This document shows, piece by piece, positions 58,938 through 64,000 of a stretch of 64,000 bases of DNA. A program made the position numbers and the translations under genes. The notes beneath the pieces were generated by a model. The model made no database searches and was not told the DNA's origin. It saw only the letters and a program-made list of their open reading frames with translations. Each line of letters opens with the position of its first letter. Position 1 is the first letter of the stretch. The DNA is taken from IMG/VR virus record IMGVR_UViG_3300046513_000348, positions 124,001 to 188,000 of that record; one strand, written 5' to 3'.

Positions 58938-60296
58938 TTACACATCCAGGCCGTAGAACTTGGCGTTCCGCAGGAACTGCTGGGCACGCTCAGTGCCGAA
59001 GACGATGCCGTGAGATTCGAAGGTCGGCTTGACGCCAGGATTGCGCTCAGCGTAGGCCAGGAAGTCGTTCGCTGCTTGAGCGATGGTTCGGACATCGTCA
59101 ACATTCAGCGACTGTCCGAACACAGCGATACTCACGCTCAAGACGGCAGGATCCGGCTGGAAGTCATCGCCCAGATCCGTACTTTCCATGAGTTTTCCGC
59201 GCGCCGTATCTTCCCCGGAGGAACCGGTTTGTCCTTGGGAAATTTTCCCATCGTTTCCCGAACGCTGATTGTCACGCAACGACATCGGAGTATCGACAGT
59301 GCTGCGGCCTTGGCTGTCCGACTGGCCCGGCGTATTACTGCGACCGGTCGTATCGCCTTGCATCATTGCCGAAGCAGTGCCGCGGGAATCAACCATGTCC
59401 TTGTTCAGTTCACGACCGGTTTCCTGACGATACTGATCGGCTGCCTGTCCAGTACGGCGTTCATTCGTCCCGCCTTCGTCACGACGGTCCTGCTGGCCAC
59501 GCGGTTGCTGTTCGGAAGAGCCTTGTTTGTCACCCTGCTTGACATTTTCCATCAGCTGACGGAACGGCATGGTCACGACGTACAGGTCACCATTCGATGC
59601 CGGGATCTTGTCGATGACGCCGCGTTGTTGCAGGTCCTTGGACAATGCCATGAACAGGGAAGCCCGATCGCCGCGAACATCGAACTTGTTCGAGATGGTA
59701 TCGAAGTTGACGCCCTGAGCGTTCTGATCGTAGATAGCACGCACGAGATTGACTTCTTCGTCCATGGAGCTGACTTCGCCGCCGACCACGTTCTTGGCCA
59801 GTTCCATGTTTTCCTTCGTGCTGATCTTCTCTACATGCTCTTCGAACTTACTGCGGGTCGTTTTGTTCTGGTCCTTGTTACCAGTCTGGTCCGATGCTTT
59901 TTGGATCGAGCCCTGGTTGGTTGCGTCTTGACGATTACCTTTGTCCATGTCGTTCTCCTTCGTTTCGTTGTTGGCTGCCTTGAGGTCCGGATTGTATTCA
60001 CGCATCAATTCGATCATGTCCGGCGTGAAGCGGATGCGATCGATCGAACCGAACTCGTACTTGTCGATGATGCCGTTCGTCTGCAGCATGTCGATGCCCG
60101 ACGAGATCATCTCAGTGTCGAAGCCTTGATTCTGGAAGTGTTGAGAAAGCTCCTTGTAACTGACGCTACCGCACTCCAGGATTTCCTTGCCGTATTTCAC
60201 GACAGTGGCCGGTAGTAAGTGAGTGTCTTCGGTTGCGAGAGCGCTGGCAAGAGCACAGATCTGAGGGTCTTGTTTATTGAGTGAGTTTTTATTCAT
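58938..60296 (-). CDS. Protein with two winged-helix-like domains and low-complexity linkers
   Basis: SYKELSQHF...IDMLQTNGIIDK...IRFT and NFDTISNKF...KDLQQRGVIDK...YVVT. Confidence 0.65.
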   Translation of the reverse strand: MNKNSLNKQDPQICALASALATEDTHLLPATVVKYGKEILECGSVSYKELSQHFQNQGFDTEMISSGIDMLQTNGIIDKYEFGSIDRIRFTPDMIELMREYNPDLKAANNETKENDMDKGNRQDATNQGSIQKASDQTGNKDQNKTTRSKFEEHVEKISTKENMELAKNVVGGEVSSMDEEVNLVRAIYDQNAQGVNFDTISNKFDVRGDRASLFMALSKDLQQRGVIDKIPASNGDLYVVTMPFRQLMENVKQGDKQGSSEQQPRGQQDRRDEGGTNERRTGQAADQYRQETGRELNKDMVDSRGTASAMMQGDTTGRSNTPGQSDSQGRSTVDTPMSLRDNQRSGNDGKISQGQTGSSGEDTARGKLMESTDLGDDFQPDPAVLSVSIAVFGQSLNVDDVRTIAQAANDFLAYAERNPGVKPTFESHGIVFGTERAQQFLRNAKFYGLDV

Positions 60297-60343
60297 CGTC
60301 TTCCTTTATTAAAAAGTGGTTTTGTACTCTCTCAGGACTTCTT

Positions 60344-60865
60344 TTAAAACAACCGCAGTTCGCGGAGTTTCTTGAGAAGCTCTTCGGCCTCTTCTTTTTC
60401 CAAAGGAACCGGCCCAACTTTGAAGTTCGTTATATCGGGCAGGTTTCGTACGACAGTTGAAGTCGTCTTATAAAAATCGATCAGCTTCTCAATTGGGACT
60501 TCATAGCCCTTTATCTTTACCGTTATTTCCAGAAGAGACTCTAACGATTCGAAAGGGACACTGAAGTACTCGTAGAAGGGCGTCGTGATGCGATAAGTCG
60601 CCGGTCTGATACTGGCCTCAGCGGCCTGCTCGACTATACCTTGCATAATGAGACTTTCGACTGCCCTCTGGATCTTCTCGGCTTCGCTGCGACTGGGACC
60701 AAAAATTCTATCGGTCAGATCGCGAACCGATTGAGGTTCGTTTGCTTCCCGATAGAGAATCTGAACCACGATCATTTCAGCATTCCATTTCATGCCGAAA
60801 GTACCGTGGCGGGCCGCTCGCTTAAAACCAGTGGACTGTTGGGAACCTGGTTCGATCGCGTTCAT
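60344..60865 (-). CDS. Winged-helix-like hypothetical protein
   Basis: ILYR...SVRDLTDRI...AVESLIMQGIVEQ...YRIT. Confidence 0.65.
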   Translation of the reverse strand: MNAIEPGSQQSTGFKRAARHGTFGMKWNAEMIVVQILYREANEPQSVRDLTDRIFGPSRSEAEKIQRAVESLIMQGIVEQAAEASIRPATYRITTPFYEYFSVPFESLESLLEITVKIKGYEVPIEKLIDFYKTTSTVVRNLPDITNFKVGPVPLEKEEAEELLKKLRELRLF

Positions 60866-61254
60866 GGCATCTCAACGAACGGCGTTTCCTTCACTTCTTC
60901 CACCAGCGCCCTCATGTCTTCCGTCAGTTGATAGCCCTTGCCCTTGACGCTCGAGATCACGCCTTCGCCGACCAATTCGAGCATCAGGCGGGTGATGAGT
61001 TCGTACGGCGTGAAGACCTTGTTCTCGCGCATGCGCTTGAGAATCAGGTTTTCGGAAACCGGTTTCTGCGATTTGTGAATCAGATTCACGACGAACTGCG
61101 AAGCCGTGAAGTCGGACCATTTGACTTCTGCGGTTTCGTTCAGGAGAACCTTCTTCGGGTTCTCATGGGCGTATTCCATTTTGAGCCACGCGCGTTCAGC
61201 GATACGCTTGATACGGTTGAAGGAACGTGCTTCGCGATCAATTTTGCCCCACAT
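60862..61254 (-). CDS. Winged-helix-like hypothetical protein
   Basis: SD AAGGAG before MWGK. VSENLILKRM...LMLELVGEGVISS...GYQLT. Confidence 0.65.
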   Translation of the reverse strand: MWGKIDREARSFNRIKRIAERAWLKMEYAHENPKKVLLNETAEVKWSDFTASQFVVNLIHKSQKPVSENLILKRMRENKVFTPYELITRLMLELVGEGVISSVKGKGYQLTEDMRALVEEVKETPFVEMP

Positions 61255-61325
61255 TTTGAAACTCCTTATGACATTGTAAAAGTACTTCACTGCGGTAATA
61301 TGTGTCTGAAAATAAACAGCATAAG

Positions 61326-61356
61326 ACCAGACCTGGGCTTATCGCCCAGGTCTGGT
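61326..61356 (-). terminator. Stem-loop
   Basis: ACCAGACCTGGGC-TTATC-GCCCAGGTCTGGT, then TTATGCTGTTTATTTT on the minus strand. Confidence 0.75.
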
Positions 61357-61364
61357 TTCTGACG

Positions 61365-61688
61365 TCAATAGACGGGTACTTTGTTCCGCACCATCATGTC
61401 GATGATGACTCGAGTGTGGTAGCGGGACGATGCTTCGTTGTAGAGACGCTTGTGGTTAATGGCATAAACACGGCGCTTTACCAAATAGTCAGGGAGTGTT
61501 ACGTCCCGTACTTTCAGGTAACCTTTCCGAACGAGACCGTCCAGAATACTGACGACCTCACTCGAATTGATTTTTGTTTTGGACTTGAGAAGGACGTCAG
61601 ACGAAGTCATTTCGACCCCGTACGGCAGCAGAACAATTTCCACTACCAGCTGTTCCAATTCCGATAGTTGGTTTTTATCCGGTAACAT
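61365..61688 (-). CDS. Winged-helix-like hypothetical protein
   Basis: MTSSDVLLK...EVVSILDGLVRKGYLKVR...YAIN. Confidence 0.65.
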   Translation of the reverse strand: MLPDKNQLSELEQLVVEIVLLPYGVEMTSSDVLLKSKTKINSSEVVSILDGLVRKGYLKVRDVTLPDYLVKRRVYAINHKRLYNEASSRYHTRVIIDMMVRNKVPVY

Positions 61689-61799
61689 TTTTGTTTAACG
61701 ATTGGAAGGTTTTTTAAAATGCATGGTTAATGCATGACTTGGCTTTTCTCTCTCAGAGCTACCACCATAAAATTTCTCTGCGGCAACTAAAAAAAAAAT

Positions 61800-61822
61800 C
61801 CTACTCCGAGTTATGGAGTAGG
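61800..61822 (-). terminator. Stem-loop with U-tract
   Basis: CCTACTCC-N7-GGAGTAGG adjacent to an A9 tract. Confidence 0.65.
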
Positions 61823-61831
61823 GCTGTAGGC

Positions 61832-62002
61832 CTATGCCTTTTTCTTTCGGTCAGATTTCACGGGAGGTTTGGTTTCATACTTCTCCGCGTCTTCCATGAG
61901 TTTCCGAGCTTCACCTGTGGTCATGTTATTCTTCCGAGCAATCTCTTCGCTGTGAGCGGCTGCTCTGAAAAGGCGTTTCTGTTTCTCAGTGTATGGGGGC
62001 AT
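61832..62002 (-). CDS. Small basic phage protein (MPPYTEKQKRLFRAAAH...)
   Basis: SD AAGGAGG upstream. The motif P.xEKQxRxxxAAAH is recalled from small jumbo-phage proteins. Confidence 0.65.
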   Translation of the reverse strand: MPPYTEKQKRLFRAAAHSEEIARKNNMTTGEARKLMEDAEKYETKPPVKSDRKKKA

Positions 62003-62780
62003 TTCGAACCTCCTTATCACGGTCAATAATACCTAACGCTATTGCGTCAAGAATACCTAGTCCTCTTTCGATCCGTAGATGAAGAGTCCTTCGTTTGATA
62101 TTGAACTTTCGAGCACATTGAGGAACGCTAAGAAGCTCACCTGCCACGTCGTATAACCTTATCGCCGGTTTCGTCAAAGCTCTCTCGATACTCCATCCCT
62201 TATTTACGCGTTCGAGAACCAGCTGCGGATTCTGATTGTATTTTCTTGCCAACTGAGAAACCGTTAGACTTTCGCCTTTGTACTCGATCACGCGATTATT
62301 TCTACGGTTGTTCTGCTGCTCTTCTTCAGTCGCCCAACGGCAATTATTCGGTTCGTAATTTCCGTCTGGATTCTTCCGGTCCAGTGTATGGCGTGGAGTG
62401 GGCTTTGACCCCATGTCTTTGAAGAACTCTTCAAACGAATTTCGCCACCTCTTACAGACCTTAATACCCCGCCCACCGTAAGCACTATAGCCAATGGTCT
62501 TAGGATTCAAGCAACGGTTCTTCATATTGACCCAGGACGAATATTCCGAGCTTTTTATCTGTCCGTGGATGAACTTGGCATCGCTCGTTCTTTCTTTCTG
62601 GAGACAGCCGCAGCTTTGAGTTATGCCGCCTTTGAGACGATACGTTGGTACGAAAACGGGATTACCGCATTCGCATTTGCATAGCCAGTATGCCTTTTCG
62701 TTTTTAATTTCCTTGAACTCAATGACGGTCAGGCGGCCAAACTTTTCACCTACCAACTCCGCCCGTTTGTTAAACGTCAT
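61986..62780 (-). mobile_element. Free-standing HNH-type homing endonuclease gene
   Basis: GEKFGRLTVI...WLCKCECG...SCGC, YGGRGIKVCKRW...TLDRKNPDGNYEPNNCRWAT..EQ.NN, C-terminal HTH-like repeats. AT-rich relative to flanks. Confidence 0.88.
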
Positions 62781-62830
62781 TTTACTTTCCCTTCCAATAA
62801 GGCATGATACCCTCCGACCAAAAAGAAAAA

Positions 62831-62854
62831 CCCCAGTCTCCGAAGAGACCGGGG
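62831..62854 (-). terminator. Stem-loop with U-tract
   Basis: CCCCAGTCTC-CGAA-GAGACCGGGG (UUCG loop on the minus strand) followed by TTTTTCTTTT. Confidence 0.85.
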
Positions 62855-62864
62855 AGCTTAGGAC

Positions 62865-63209
62865 TTAGCGATTCCCGCCGCGTCCACCGCTATTACCACC
62901 ACCACGATTACCGCCTCCGCGGTTACCGCCATCGTTACCGCCGCGATTACCTCCACGGCGAGTTTCTTCGTTACGGTTACCGGACTGACGGCTGTCTCGA
63001 CCCCTCACGGAATCTTCCATGTTTTTACCGCGGTTGTGCACCGTGTCTTCCACATCTTCACCGCGAGTGTGGATAAAGTCGGCGACACCGTCGCGCACCC
63101 TGCCCACTGCTCTCCCGATGCCGCCGAAGATACCGCCATTGTCACCACCGTTGTCACCATTGTCACGGCGACCATCATCACGATTGTCGTTGTTGGTATT
63201 ACGAGCCAT
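62865..63209 (-). CDS. R/G/N/D-rich low-complexity protein with RGGN repeats
   Basis: SD GGAGG. C-terminus RRGGNRGGNDGGNRGGGNRGGGNSGGRGGNR. Confidence 0.75.
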   Translation of the reverse strand: MARNTNNDNRDDGRRDNGDNGGDNGGIFGGIGRAVGRVRDGVADFIHTRGEDVEDTVHNRGKNMEDSVRGRDSRQSGNRNEETRRGGNRGGNDGGNRGGGNRGGGNSGGRGGNR

Positions 63210-63292
63210 TTTAAACCTCCGTAGGTAGTTTGTGAAAATCTCCCCAGGACTCCCTTGTAATGGCTAAACTAAAACGACATAAAGGCCGAGAC

Positions 63293-63318
63293 TACCTAGT
63301 GGCGCGAGCCACTAGGTA
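63293..63318 (-). terminator. Stem-loop
   Basis: TACCTAGTGGC-GCGA-GCCACTAGGTA. Confidence 0.75.
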
Positions 63319-63328
63319 TCGTCACGTT

Positions 63329-63628
63329 TTATTGGGTACTGAGTGCCTGAATGCCAAATCGAGCCGACTGCCATGGATACGGCTCGAGGTTCACCTTATG
63401 CTCGATGCACAGGGTGTTCGCGAGTTCAGTGGCGTCGCGTTCGAAGTCCCTGTCGTCGACATGCTTCACATCGCCGTTCTGGAAGCGGAGGAACACCGAA
63501 TAGAACTCGGTATCTTTATCTGCACCCATCACCTGCGTTTCCACAGTACGCTTCTTCCCTGCTTCTTCGGGTTCGACCCATTTGGCAGGGAGGACTTGAA
63601 TCGAAACTACTGTACCTTTGTTGCTCAT
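63329..63628 (-). CDS. Hypothetical protein
   Basis: 99-aa ORF on the coding strand, followed by a hairpin. Confidence 0.65.
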   Translation of the reverse strand: MSNKGTVVSIQVLPAKWVEPEEAGKKRTVETQVMGADKDTEFYSVFLRFQNGDVKHVDDRDFERDATELANTLCIEHKVNLEPYPWQSARFGIQALSTQ

Positions 63629-63682
63629 ATTGTTACCTTGTAAAAGCGGCCAGATCCGAAGACCCGGCCTTATGGTTGCTGA

Positions 63683-64000
63683 TTATTTCTTGCTTGCTGC
63701 TTTGCTGGTCGAACGCTTTGCCGGTGCTTTGACGGTCGTAACTTCAGCCTTCTTCGCCGCCGGTTTTTTGGCCGCCGTGGTTTTCACAGCAGCCGCTGCA
63801 CGCGGTTTGCGGGCAGGCGCTTTCGGCTGGCTGGTCTTTGCACGATGTGCATCGAGGCCTGCTTGCATGTGCTTCGTGGTGGCCGGAACGGCGACTTCGT
63901 CCGGTTCGAACTTCACGTACTGGCCGATCAGGCGTTCCAGGAAGTCGTCGGAAAGACCCAGGGCTTGTGCCGTGTAGTAGGTCTTGCTGAAGCGGTGATC
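63683..64000 (-). CDS. 5'-truncated protein with Lys/Ala-rich histone-H1-like tail
   Basis: The frame is open from the window end (DHRFSKTYYTAQALGLSDDFLERLIGQYVKFEP...). Ends KPAAKKAEVTTVKAPAKRSTSKAASKK. Confidence 0.7.
   Translation of the reverse strand, partial: DHRFSKTYYTAQALGLSDDFLERLIGQYVKFEPDEVAVPATTKHMQAGLDAHRAKTSQPKAPARKPRAAAAVKTTAAKKPAAKKAEVTTVKAPAKRSTSKAASKK

Overview
A 64-kb segment of a phiKZ-like (Chimalliviridae-type) jumbo phage genome. The assignment rests on recognisable core genes in the typical order: SbcC-like ATPase, baseplate spike, portal, major capsid protein, a non-virion RNA polymerase beta fragment, DnaB-like helicase, RuvC-like resolvase, NAD-dependent ligase, NrdAB with NrdH, and lysis genes. 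The standout region is a ~13.5-kb, tightly coupled plus-strand locus (7576-21148) directly behind two tail-fibre-like genes. It encodes five radical SAM proteins (four with SPASM/twitch-like Cys motifs and a GGE/GGD motif, one degenerate), one JmjC/cupin, four 2OG-Fe(II) oxygenases and several unknown proteins. It also encodes a 177-aa candidate substrate ending in (CHxS)3-RGRR, so the locus looks like a virus-encoded RiPP-like or protein-modification pathway. Other notable items are a Gln-terminated mini-intein at the catalytic Cys of NrdA, a ~260-nt dual-coded overlap, an array of winged-helix-like genes, a family of hairpin+TATG intergenic elements, lectin/Kelch morons and a free-standing HNH nuclease. 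No tRNA, rRNA or CRISPR array was seen. All family assignments come from motif recognition by eye; no database search was run.
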